Below are positions 38,794 through 47,554 of a stretch of DNA of 64,000 bases, in pieces. Every line of letters starts with the position of its first letter. Positions within the stretch are counted from its first letter, which is position 1. The notes beneath the pieces were generated by a model. It worked only from the letters and a program-made list of their open reading frames with translations. It searched no databases and was not told the DNA's origin. Source of the DNA: an uncultured Alphaproteobacteria bacterium (lineage in GTDB: Bacteria > Pseudomonadota > Alphaproteobacteria > HIMB59 > GCA-002718135); the NCBI GenBank assembly GCA_902618385.1, contig CACNAF010000004.1, forward strand, positions 762 through 64,761. The letters run 5' to 3'. The position numbers and the translations under genes were made by a program.

Positions 38794-40113
38794 CTAAATT
38801 TTTTCTCCTGCTGGTTTTCCATATCCAACATTTTTTTTCCCATATCGTCTTACTCTCACATTACATTGTTCTGCATGGCCAATAAAACCTTCTAAATGTG
38901 AAAGTCTAGATCCATATTCTCCGATGAGAGTTGCAGCTTCATCTGTCATAATCTTTTGATAAGTATGGGTTTTAATGAACTTACCAACCCACAAACCACC
39001 AGTATATCTTCCAGCTTTTTTAGTTGGAAGAGTATGGTTAGTGCCTATGACTTTATCACCATTAGCAACATTAGTTCTGGCGCCCAAAAATAGAGCTCCA
39101 TAAGATGTCATATTTTCTAAAAACCAATCATCTTTTTTTGTCATAACTTGTACGTGCTCTGAAGCTATTTCATTTGCTTTAGATAACATCTCCTCATAGG
39201 TATCACATAAAATTATTTCTCCATAATCTCTCCAGCTTGTACTTGCTGTTTCTTTAGTAGGTAAAATTTCTAAAATTCTATCAATTTCTTTAAATGTTTC
39301 TTCTGCAAGTTTTCTTGAGTTCGTTATCATCACAGCAGGAGAATTATATCCATGTTCAGCTTGTCCTAATAAGTCTGTTGCACATATTTCACCATCAACA
39401 GTTTCATCTGCAATTACCATTGTTTCAGTTGGACCAGCAAATAAATCGATACCAACTTTGCCATACAATTGTCTTTTCGCTTCAGCAACAAATGCATTGC
39501 CAGGTCCAACAAGCATATCTACAGGTCTAATAGTTTCTGTACCAATAGCCATAGCACCAACTCCTTGCATTCCTCCCAAAACATAAATTTCGTGAGCACC
39601 ACCCATTTTCATTGCAGTAACGACAGCTGGATTTGGCTTACCTTTAAAAGGTGGTGTAGTAGCAACAATTCTTGGAACCCCAGCAACAGAGGCAGTAACA
39701 ACTGACATATGAGCAGAAGCTACCATTGGGAATTTTCCGGCAGGTACATAGCAACCTACTGCTTGTACAGGTATATTCTTATGACCTAGAATAACACCTG
39801 GATGCGTTTCTACTTCTAATTCACTTAAAGTTTTAAGTTGTGCTTCTGCAAATGATCGCACTTGTTTTTGAGCAAATTTAATATCTTCTTTGTCTTCGTC
39901 AGAGACTTCACTCATTAATTGATTTATTTGATCTTCACTTAATCGAAAACTATCTGGTGAATAGTTATCAAATTTTTGTGATAATTCTCTAACATATTTA
40001 TCACCTTCTGATTCAATTTTACTTAATGTTTCCTCAACAATTTTTTTTACTTTATCATTATCTTCAATTCTTTGTTTTTCATCTAAACCTTTTTTTAAAT
40101 ATTCAATTGCCAT
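38794..40113 (-). CDS. Histidinol-dehydrogenase-family 4-electron alcohol dehydrogenase, non-his-operon paralogue (candidate sulfopropanediol 3-dehydrogenase HpsN)
   Basis: 439 aa. HisD catalytic and Zn motifs are retained ([27 protein letters not shown]). The context is catabolic, not histidine biosynthesis. The HpsN assignment is an inference. Confidence 0.8.
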   Translation of the reverse strand: MAIEYLKKGLDEKQRIEDNDKVKKIVEETLSKIESEGDKYVRELSQKFDNYSPDSFRLSEDQINQLMSEVSDEDKEDIKFAQKQVRSFAEAQLKTLSELEVETHPGVILGHKNIPVQAVGCYVPAGKFPMVASAHMSVVTASVAGVPRIVATTPPFKGKPNPAVVTAMKMGGAHEIYVLGGMQGVGAMAIGTETIRPVDMLVGPGNAFVAEAKRQLYGKVGIDLFAGPTETMVIADETVDGEICATDLLGQAEHGYNSPAVMITNSRKLAEETFKEIDRILEILPTKETASTSWRDYGEIILCDTYEEMLSKANEIASEHVQVMTKKDDWFLENMTSYGALFLGARTNVANGDKVIGTNHTLPTKKAGRYTGGLWVGKFIKTHTYQKIMTDEAATLIGEYGSRLSHLEGFIGHAEQCNVRVRRYGKKNVGYGKPAGEKI

Positions 40114-40115
40114 AA

Positions 40116-41210
40116 TTATTTTTTATGAATTAATTTAAAGATATCAATGCCTATTTGATCTAATATGTGTGCTATGTCGATTGGTACCCAATTTTCTCTA
40201 ATTCGCCCTTCATGATGTAAATAAAAATCCATAACTCTTATTGTGACAGCTTTACCAGTACCTTGGTAGCCTAGCCACTCATTAGAACCATGTATACACT
40301 CAATACTTTGCCAGCCTGATGTCATTGAATAATTACCATCAGCTATTTCTATATAATGACCAATTTTCCAATAATCTCTCTCTTTAAATGTAAACCTAAA
40401 AGGTAATTGATGATGATCAACATATCCTTTTAAACCTCTTGCTGTACCAATACCGCAAGGTCCGTACCACATCATTTTAGGATGCCAGAATTCTTTTTGA
40501 GGATGATTTAGTAATTTATCTCTAACGTATTCATGCGTTGATCCAGGATCTGTTTCTGGTTTTATATTTAAACTTCTCTGCATTGTTAAAGCTTGATTCA
40601 TCGAATTGATGGACAACTTATCATCCATATTTTCAAATGTTGTACCATCACCGGTTATAGGACCAGGCCACATTCCTTCTACTCCTAATGATTTATTTAT
40701 TGGCCAAAATCCTGCCTGACGAATAAAATCTAGAGTATCAATCAAAATATGTGATTGAATGATTTTATTATCTTTAATTTGATGCGCTTCACATATTCTT
40801 AAATGTATAGTTTTGCCATGAGCAGGAACATTAAGCCATGGATTAACAAAAGTCCCAGTTAAATGAGCTATTGTTGAAACAAAAACTGAGTTTTGAAAAG
40901 AACCCCCAAGAATTAGGTTATCCCTTCTCTCAAGATCAGGAAATGCATTTAAAAGCGGTTTCCATAATTTTTCTGTTATTTCAGAAATGCCTTTTAAGTC
41001 ATTAAGTGGATGGAAGGTTCTTATTTCTGCATCATCATGATACGCATCACTAATATTTTTATTAATATTTTCTGAATTGGATTCAGCTATATTTTTTAAA
41101 AGAATTCTGATTTTTTTTTTATTTGCTATATTTATCTTTGGATTTAAATTAATTACTTCAGTGCTTCCTTCTTTTTTTATTCCAGTATTAAAATTTTCAA
41201 TTTCTGTCAT
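40116..41210 (-). CDS. Tandem (two-domain) SnoaL-like/ester-cyclase NTF2-fold protein, paralogue 1
   Basis: 364 aa. Domain 1: [15 protein letters not shown]...GTF...[24 protein letters not shown]. Domain 2: [16 protein letters not shown]...[20 protein letters not shown]. Both fit the ester-cyclase pattern FPD...G.H.G...TGk......f....gkI.E.W...D...ll.QiG. Confidence 0.6.
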   Translation of the reverse strand: MTEIENFNTGIKKEGSTEVINLNPKINIANKKKIRILLKNIAESNSENINKNISDAYHDDAEIRTFHPLNDLKGISEITEKLWKPLLNAFPDLERRDNLILGGSFQNSVFVSTIAHLTGTFVNPWLNVPAHGKTIHLRICEAHQIKDNKIIQSHILIDTLDFIRQAGFWPINKSLGVEGMWPGPITGDGTTFENMDDKLSINSMNQALTMQRSLNIKPETDPGSTHEYVRDKLLNHPQKEFWHPKMMWYGPCGIGTARGLKGYVDHHQLPFRFTFKERDYWKIGHYIEIADGNYSMTSGWQSIECIHGSNEWLGYQGTGKAVTIRVMDFYLHHEGRIRENWVPIDIAHILDQIGIDIFKLIHKK

Positions 41211-41260
41211 AATTTACTTAGTTTCAGTTACTCACAGTTTAGGCTCAATATTTAATTGAT

Positions 41261-41299
41261 TTATTCAATATTTTGAATAATATTCATTAAAAATGCATA
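41261..41299. promoter_or_regulatory. Cluster of overlapping palindromes in the divergent promoter region (candidate operator)
   Basis: TTATTCAA-TATT-TTGAATAA (41261-41280), TGAATA-A-TATTCA (41274-41286), then TATTCATTAAAAATGCATA (41281-41299). The last motif recurs upstream of the LacI/SBP genes. Confidence 0.3.
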
Positions 41300-41318
41300 A
41301 AATATAATTTTTCTTAAT

Positions 41319-42290
41319 ATGTCAATAAATATAGAAAGTCGTCTTGCGAGATTTAATGATTTAATACCAAGTAAGGTTCCTTTTGTTGAGGGTAAATTAA
41401 AAGGACATCAAGATAGATTGAATTACTCATTAGTGGGTCCTGGCGTAAGTGAAGATTCTAAACAAAATGTAAAAATTGCTGAGGAGCATGGGTTTAATAT
41501 TGGGGCAGTAAGTGCTGCACCGATGAATGGTTCTGGGCTTCATAGTCATACAACAGCTGAGGTGTTTATTATCTTTTCTGGTTCATGGCGTTTTTATTGG
41601 GGACCAGATGGAAAAGAGGGTGAGGTTATTTTACATAAAGGAGATGTCGCTTCATTTCCTACTAATATGTTTAGAGGATTTCAAAATGTTAGTGATCAAC
41701 AAGCATTAATGTTTGTAGTTTTAGGTGAAAATGATCCTGGAGTAATTACATGGACTCCTTCATTGTTAAAAAAAGCAAAAGAAACTGGAATGGTTCTTTT
41801 AAATGATAACTCTCTTATTGATTTAGAAAAAAATCAAATACCTGATGGTAAAAAAGCAATAGAGCCAATCACAGATAATGAATTAACACAATTTGATCAT
41901 TACACTTCTGAAGAAATTGAAAAATTTGTAATTCGTTATGCAGATCAAAAAAATTATTTTCTAGATGACGAACATTATAATTCAAATTCTATTTTAAATT
42001 ATCTAGATGATTTCACTATTCATAATAAAGAATTTAAACCATATATTAGTCATAAAACTGGATTTGGACTTACTCTTCTTGAAGGTAATAATGCTCATAT
42101 ACATTCTTACACCTCATCAAAATCTGAAGTTTATTTATGTTTGGCGGGAGAATGGGAAATTACATGTAATGATAAAAAGGTGTTAATTGGCCCTAGAGAT
42201 GCCTTCTCCCCTCCAAAAAACTCTACAAGAAGCCTTAAAAATATAAGTAGCGATAAAGGTAGCATTTATATAGTGCGCCAAAAAAATTAA
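41319..42290 (+). CDS. Bicupin (two cupin barrels) protein of unknown function
   Basis: 323 aa. The N-terminal barrel has a full metal motif, GSGLHSHTTAEVFIIFSG (G..H.H...E......G). The C-terminal barrel has AHIHSYTSSKSEVYLCLAGEW. Confidence 0.65.
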   Translation: MSINIESRLARFNDLIPSKVPFVEGKLKGHQDRLNYSLVGPGVSEDSKQNVKIAEEHGFNIGAVSAAPMNGSGLHSHTTAEVFIIFSGSWRFYWGPDGKEGEVILHKGDVASFPTNMFRGFQNVSDQQALMFVVLGENDPGVITWTPSLLKKAKETGMVLLNDNSLIDLEKNQIPDGKKAIEPITDNELTQFDHYTSEEIEKFVIRYADQKNYFLDDEHYNSNSILNYLDDFTIHNKEFKPYISHKTGFGLTLLEGNNAHIHSYTSSKSEVYLCLAGEWEITCNDKKVLIGPRDAFSPPKNSTRSLKNISSDKGSIYIVRQKN

Positions 42291-42293
42291 AAG

Positions 42294-43265
42294 ATGAAGG
42301 GTTTTGATAAAAAATTTAGAGATCTACCCGATTATATACTAAAAATTACACATCAAATTTGGGAAGACAAGGATGTTGAGTCAATAAGAGAATATTATGC
42401 AAAAGGAATTCCAGTTAGGTCCCCTGCTGGAGTTGTGTATGGACCTGATGCAGTTGTGAAAGCAACTTATGCAACTTTAGAAGAATTTCCTGACCGTCAA
42501 CTTTTAGGTGAAGATGTCATATGGATAGGTAATGAACATGATGGGTATTTATCTTCGCACCGAATTTTAACTAGAGCAACCCACTTAAATGATGGTGTTT
42601 ATGGAAAAGCAACAGGAAAAAAACTTATTTATAGAGTAATTGCAGATTGTGCATGCAAGGATAATCAAGTGTATGATGAATGGCTTGTTAGAGATCAGGG
42701 CGCAATCGTAAGACAACTTAATTTAGATCCAAAAAAATATGCAAAACAAATAATTGATAATCAAGGGGGTGTTGAAAATTGCGCAGTTCCTTTTAACAAA
42801 AATACGCCTTTGGATTTAAAATATTCACAATTAAATTTACCGGAAAAAAATTCAGGTTATGAATATGCAGAAGTCCTAAAATCTATATTTAATAAAGATA
42901 TTAATATAGTTGATAAAAAATATGATAGAGCAATAAATCAAGAATTACCAGGCGGATTGAAAGCTTACGGAGTAGAAGAAGTAAAAACTTTTTGGACTTC
43001 TCTATTGTCATCATTTCCTGATGCAACATTTTCAATTGATCATGTTAGCTATTTAGAAGAACCAAATCAGTACAGAAAGGCAGCTATTAGATGGTCACTT
43101 AATGGTGTTCATTCGGGTTCGGGATATTTTGGAGTACCTAGTCAAGCAGCAGTTCATGTCATGGCTATATCACATGTTGAATTTGGACCACGAGGTATTA
43201 AAAATGAATGGATTTTGTTTGATGAAACTGAAATTTGGAAACAAATTTTGATGAAAACAGGATAG
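42294..43265 (+). CDS. Tandem SnoaL-like/ester-cyclase NTF2-fold protein, paralogue 2 (more divergent)
   Basis: 323 aa. EEFPDRQLLGEDVIWIG...ATHLNDGVYGKATGKKLIYRVIADCACKDNQVYDEWLVRD, then a second SFPDATFSIDHVSYL...GVHSG...VHVMAISHVEFGPRGIKNEWILFDE. Confidence 0.55.
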   Translation: MKGFDKKFRDLPDYILKITHQIWEDKDVESIREYYAKGIPVRSPAGVVYGPDAVVKATYATLEEFPDRQLLGEDVIWIGNEHDGYLSSHRILTRATHLNDGVYGKATGKKLIYRVIADCACKDNQVYDEWLVRDQGAIVRQLNLDPKKYAKQIIDNQGGVENCAVPFNKNTPLDLKYSQLNLPEKNSGYEYAEVLKSIFNKDINIVDKKYDRAINQELPGGLKAYGVEEVKTFWTSLLSSFPDATFSIDHVSYLEEPNQYRKAAIRWSLNGVHSGSGYFGVPSQAAVHVMAISHVEFGPRGIKNEWILFDETEIWKQILMKTG

Positions 43266-43272
43266 CTAAAGA

Positions 43273-44403
43273 TTGAACACGAAAATTTTAACAACACATG
43301 TAGGAAGTTTACCTCGTTCTAAAGCTTTATCAGAATTACTTTTTGCAAAAGATAAGGGAGATAGTTTTAGTGAAAATGAATTTGATGATGTTGTAAAACA
43401 AAATGTAAGTGACATTGTCAAAAAACAACTTGATACAGGTATTGATTTTGTCAGTGATGGTGAAATGAGTAAAATCAGTTATGCTACATATGTTAAAGAT
43501 AGAATTAATGGTTTTTCCGGTGAAAGTGAAAGAAGAGCGCCAGCTGACTTAGATGCATTTCCTGAATATAAAGATAAAATTGCTAAAAGTGGGGGAACAC
43601 CTACTTATACCCGACCCTGTTGTACTGGAGAACTCTCTATTAAAAATAATTATGATCTTTTAAAAGATATAAATAATCTATCTTCTGCATTAAATGCTAA
43701 TAATCATACTAAGGGCTTTATGAATGCTGCTTCACCAGGAGTCATAAATGTTTTTTTACCAAATAAATTTTACAAAAATGATGACGAGTACCTAAGTAAG
43801 CTTAGCGTGATTATGGCAGAAGAATATCAACAAATTACTTATAATAATTTATTCTTGCAAGTTGATTGTCCAGATTTAGCCCTAGCAAGGCATATGAATT
43901 TTAAAGAATTAGATGAAAAAAGTTTTTTGCTGCGAGCAGAAAAACAAATTGAAGCTCTTAATCTTTCACTGGCATCAGTTCCACAAGACAAAATTAGAAT
44001 GCATATCTGCTGGGGAAATTATGAAGGACCTCATACCTTTGATATTGGTTTGGAAAAAATTTTACCAATAGTACTTAAGGCAAAAAGTAAATATTTATTA
44101 ATTGAGTCTTCTAATCCAAGACATGCTCATGAATGGAAAGTTTTTGAAAAGATCAAATTGCCACAAGATAAAGTTATTGTGCCAGGTGTTATTGATTCTA
44201 CTTCAAATTTTGTTGAACACCCGGAAGTTGTTGCTGATCGGTTAAAACAATTTTCTACTTTTGTACCAAAGGAGCAAATTATGGCTGGTACAGATTGTGG
44301 TTTTAGTACTTTTGCTGGATTTGGAAAAGTTGATGAAAAAATTTGTTATGAGAAATTAATTTCGTTAGTTAAGGGCACTCAAATAGCATCTAAAACGATT
44401 TGA
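43273..44403 (+). CDS. Cobalamin-independent methionine synthase catalytic-domain-only (core-MetE / MetE-II family) protein, copy 1
   Basis: 376 aa, TTG start in the track. THVGSLPR N-terminus, and Zn-ligand pattern H-x-C (RMHICWGNYEG), IESSNPRH, DCG (AGTDCGFS). Confidence 0.7.
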   Translation: MNTKILTTHVGSLPRSKALSELLFAKDKGDSFSENEFDDVVKQNVSDIVKKQLDTGIDFVSDGEMSKISYATYVKDRINGFSGESERRAPADLDAFPEYKDKIAKSGGTPTYTRPCCTGELSIKNNYDLLKDINNLSSALNANNHTKGFMNAASPGVINVFLPNKFYKNDDEYLSKLSVIMAEEYQQITYNNLFLQVDCPDLALARHMNFKELDEKSFLLRAEKQIEALNLSLASVPQDKIRMHICWGNYEGPHTFDIGLEKILPIVLKAKSKYLLIESSNPRHAHEWKVFEKIKLPQDKVIVPGVIDSTSNFVEHPEVVADRLKQFSTFVPKEQIMAGTDCGFSTFAGFGKVDEKICYEKLISLVKGTQIASKTI

Positions 44404-44404
44404 T

Positions 44405-45097
44405 TTAAAATAAAAAATTAGTAATAATTTTATTAAAAGTTTTTGGCTTCTCTAGCATTACAAAATGAGAAGAATTTTTAATTTCTGTATAAACTGAATA
44501 TTTTATTTTCTTATTTAATTCATTGTTCATAATATTAGAGGATAGTTTATCGTTTTTGCCACGAATAATAAGAGTTTTTGATATAATCTTATCTAGTTTA
44601 TTTAATTGATTAGGTCTTTTTAGAGTCAAATTCGTTTGGTCTAAAAAAGTTTTATATCCTAATTGTTTAGCCATTGAATAAACAGTATTTTGGTATGATG
44701 TATTTTTCAAATCTTTATAAGAAAAATAGGAACTATAGTTTTTTTGATAAAATAATTTTGCGAAGTTATTTTTATTTAATGTTGTTAATGACTTTTCTAA
44801 AAGCAGCTTTCTTTTTTGTGAAATATTTCTTGCATTAGTTCCTATTAAAACTAATTTATCTAATATTTCTGGATAATCGATTGCTAATTTTATTGCAATA
44901 AATCCTCCCATTGAAAAACCAATAACAGAAATTTTTTTTTTATTTTTGTTTATGATTTTTTGTACAGCATCATCAACTGTAGCAATATTCTTTAGAGAAG
45001 GAATGGAAACATTATATTTTTTTTTTAGAATAGATATTTGTGCATCCCAAATGCTATTGGTACACATATATCCTGGAATCAAAATTATTTTAGACAA
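44405..45097 (-). CDS. Alpha/beta hydrolase
   Basis: 230 aa. Nucleophile elbow GFSMGG and C-terminal SSHFVMLEKP (catalytic His region). Downstream of, and co-oriented with, the LacI gene. Confidence 0.7.
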   Translation of the reverse strand: MSKIILIPGYMCTNSIWDAQISILKKKYNVSIPSLKNIATVDDAVQKIINKNKKKISVIGFSMGGFIAIKLAIDYPEILDKLVLIGTNARNISQKRKLLLEKSLTTLNKNNFAKLFYQKNYSSYFSYKDLKNTSYQNTVYSMAKQLGYKTFLDQTNLTLKRPNQLNKLDKIISKTLIIRGKNDKLSSNIMNNELNKKIKYSVYTEIKNSSHFVMLEKPKTFNKIITNFLF

Positions 45098-45100
45098 TTT

Positions 45101-46105
45101 CTATCTAGTTGTATTTCGATAAATAAATTTACCCTGAATTAAATGATTGATAGGCTCTAACTCTGGATCCTTAATGTTATCATCTATTATTTGGGTTACA
45201 AGTTTAGACATTTGTCTTACTGGTTGTCTAATTGTTGTTAAATTATATGAATGCCAATTTGCTGAAGATATATCATCATATCCAATTACCTCTATCTCTT
45301 CTGGTATATTAAGTTTTGTATTTTTTTTAATATAATCAACACAACCAAAAGCCATAATATCATCAGCACAAAACAATGCTGTAATATTATTTTTTAAAAG
45401 TTTATTTGCTGAATCTAAACCTCCTTCATATGTAAAATTTCCTCTTTCATGAAACAGTTTAATTTTGTCTAAATTATTTAAATAGTTTTTGAAACCTTTA
45501 CATCTTTCTTTACTCACAAATGATCCAATTGGTCCTTCAACCATTCCTATTTTAGTATGCCCATTATTAACGAAATGTTCTGCCGCCGCTTCTCCACCAT
45601 ACTTATGATCACAAGCTACAGAACTCAGTGTAGGTATTTTCCAATTTCTATTAAATGCAATAAGTTGAATTTGTTTGGCTAAACAGTTTTCTACAAACGC
45701 ATCAGTAGGCTTTGTTGCTGAAACAATTGCAACTAACTTTTCTTTTAAGTAGGGTTGAATTAAATTATCATCTAATTCCTCACCATCATCAGTAGTAATT
45801 AATAAAATTCTATACCCTGATACTCTTAGAGCTTCATGTAATTCGATAAGAACTTCAGGATAATATCTATTCGTAATATATGGTAATATAACACCAACTA
45901 AACCTCCCTCATCTAAACTCAGAGAATTAGTTGAAAAGGCCTGTGGTTTATATCCTAGTTTTTTTGCTGCCTCGATAACTCTCAATTTTGTTCTATTAGA
46001 AATGCTTGCTCCTTTTGTAAAGCATCGTGAAACAGCCGATTGTGACACACCTGCTAGCTTTGCCACACTACTTGATGTCGGTAATTTTGCTTTCTGAATG
46101 TTCAT
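45101..46105 (-). CDS. LacI-family transcriptional regulator
   Basis: 334 aa. N-terminal HTH (SSVAKLAGVSQSAVSRCFT......R..V..AA..LGYKP) plus a periplasmic-binding-protein-like sensor domain. Confidence 0.9.
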   Translation of the reverse strand: MNIQKAKLPTSSSVAKLAGVSQSAVSRCFTKGASISNRTKLRVIEAAKKLGYKPQAFSTNSLSLDEGGLVGVILPYITNRYYPEVLIELHEALRVSGYRILLITTDDGEELDDNLIQPYLKEKLVAIVSATKPTDAFVENCLAKQIQLIAFNRNWKIPTLSSVACDHKYGGEAAAEHFVNNGHTKIGMVEGPIGSFVSKERCKGFKNYLNNLDKIKLFHERGNFTYEGGLDSANKLLKNNITALFCADDIMAFGCVDYIKKNTKLNIPEEIEVIGYDDISSANWHSYNLTTIRQPVRQMSKLVTQIIDDNIKDPELEPINHLIQGKFIYRNTTR

Positions 46106-46121
46106 TTATCCACTATTAATT

Positions 46122-46159
46122 TATTCATTACATTGCATATTAATTCAAAGTAATGCAAT
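46122..46159. promoter_or_regulatory. Candidate operator in the lacI / ABC-SBP divergent region
   Basis: TATTCATTACATTGCATA (46122-46139) resembles 41281-41299. Inverted repeat ATTGCAT (46132-46138) / ATGCAAT (46153-46159). A TACGCGTA palindrome lies further downstream. Confidence 0.3.
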
Positions 46160-46232
46160 ATCATTTTAATAATTATAGTAATATACATACGCGTAAAAAA
46201 ATTGTTTTTTATACGTAATATATGGAGGAAAC

Positions 46233-47474
46233 ATGTTTTTAAAAAAATTAATTTTAGGTGGATTAACAGCACTATTCTTCAGCTCATCTTTGTTTGCGGC
46301 TGATTGTGGTCCTAATGGACAATCCATCCGAATTTTAGCAAGTGATTTTCCAGCAATTCACGCAATAGCAAATTCTGCTGAAAGCAATTGTGCAGGATCT
46401 GCATCTGAATTCACTCGCAATCATACTACTGAAGCGCGCCAAATAATGAACGCTGCTCAAACACCAGATCCAGCAGAGTATACATCAGTGATTGTAGCTA
46501 ACTCTACTCTTGTTCAGTTAATGAATGATGGACTAGTGAGACCATTAAATGACCTAGTTGAAAAATATGGTGGCAACTTAAAATCTAATCAACTTATAAC
46601 TATTGATGGTAAAATAATGGCTATAGCATTCATGGCTAATTCTCAGCACATGTATTATAGAACAGATATTTTAGATAAAGCTGGAGTTGATGGAATGCCA
46701 GCAACTTATGATGAAATAATTTCTGCTGCTGAAAAAATACGTTCAGCTGGTATCATGGAGCATCCACTTGTAATGAATCTTAAAGTAGGATGGAATGTTG
46801 GAGAAGTATTTAATACTATATACTTAGCACATGGTGGAGAATTCTTTAAGCAAGGTAGTGCAGAAGCATCTATTAATAACGCTAAAGGTATTGCGGCTCT
46901 AGAAACAATGAAAGCTCTAGTTGAGTATGCTCATCCTGATCATTTAACACAGGCATCTGATGATACGCAAGGATTATGGGAAGCTGGTCAAGCTGCAATT
47001 GGCTTTATGTGGGGTTCTCGTGGAGGAGTTATACTAGATAATGAAGGTTCTTCAGCTGAGGTGACTTCAAATACTGTTCTATCTGCAGCTCCAACTGTTA
47101 CTGGTGGTTCAATACCAGGAGCAACTTTATGGTGGGATGGAATAACTATAGCAACTAACGTGTCTGACAGTGAAGCAGAAGCAACGTTTGCAGCACTTGT
47201 AAGTGGTATGACTTCAGAAATGGTTGCTGCTAATAATGATGATGCAATTTGGTTAATTGATGGTTTTAAACCTGGTCCAGCTGCAGCAGGAGTGTCTGCA
47301 ACTGCTCAAGGCGGCGCTAAATCTTATCCAATGTTTGCTCAAATGGGATTATTGCACAATGCATTAGGTGCAGAGCTAGTTGATTTTTTAAAGGGAGCAG
47401 AAAGTGCTGAACAAGCACTTAGTGATGTAGAGGCTGTTTACGAAACAGCTGCTAAAGACGCAGGTTATCTGTAG
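46233..47474 (+). CDS. ABC transporter substrate-binding protein, family 1 (CUT1: sugar / glycerol-3-phosphate type)
   Basis: 413 aa. Signal peptide (…SSSLFAADC), SBP_bac_1-like composition, and a strong RBS (GGAGGAAAC-ATG). Confidence 0.85.
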   Translation: MFLKKLILGGLTALFFSSSLFAADCGPNGQSIRILASDFPAIHAIANSAESNCAGSASEFTRNHTTEARQIMNAAQTPDPAEYTSVIVANSTLVQLMNDGLVRPLNDLVEKYGGNLKSNQLITIDGKIMAIAFMANSQHMYYRTDILDKAGVDGMPATYDEIISAAEKIRSAGIMEHPLVMNLKVGWNVGEVFNTIYLAHGGEFFKQGSAEASINNAKGIAALETMKALVEYAHPDHLTQASDDTQGLWEAGQAAIGFMWGSRGGVILDNEGSSAEVTSNTVLSAAPTVTGGSIPGATLWWDGITIATNVSDSEAEATFAALVSGMTSEMVAANNDDAIWLIDGFKPGPAAAGVSATAQGGAKSYPMFAQMGLLHNALGAELVDFLKGAESAEQALSDVEAVYETAAKDAGYL

Positions 47475-47496
47475 TCAATAAATATAAATCAATAAA

Positions 47497-47524
47497 AAGG
47501 GGTTTTCAAATTTGAAAACCCCTT
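47497..47524 (+). terminator. Perfect 28-nt palindrome (14-bp stem) between the SBP and permease genes: intra-operon attenuator/terminator
   Basis: AAGGGGTTTTCAAA|TTTGAAAACCCCTT, 23 nt after the SBP stop. Its G/C-rich base stands out in an AT-rich spacer. Confidence 0.6.
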
Positions 47525-47554
47525 ATATCTTTCTATGTAATTTAAAATAGCATA

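Noticed and set aside
39294-39705. Two 78-aa + strand ORFs (Q/H/L-rich, S/N-rich) inside the HisD-like gene, and similar short antisense ORFs elsewhere (e.g. 2126-2413, 3317-3577, 12864-13238, 33257-33550, 36229-36495)
   Set aside because: Each lies fully within a longer opposite-strand or alternative-frame ORF that has strong family motifs. They have no start context or recognisable domains.
38794-40113. Annotating the HisD-family gene simply as histidinol dehydrogenase (hisD) of histidine biosynthesis
   Set aside because: There are no other his genes nearby, and it is co-transcribed with an ester cyclase inside a LacI-associated catabolic island. I kept the family-level call, with HpsN-like as a hypothesis.
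46153-46218. 21-codon uORF (MQYHFNNYSNIHTRKKIVFYT) ending 14 nt before the ABC-SBP start codon, as a possible leader peptide
   Set aside because: It has no RBS, A/T-driven codon content and no obvious attenuator structure. Such ORFs arise by chance in AT-rich spacers. It is worth revisiting only if conserved.
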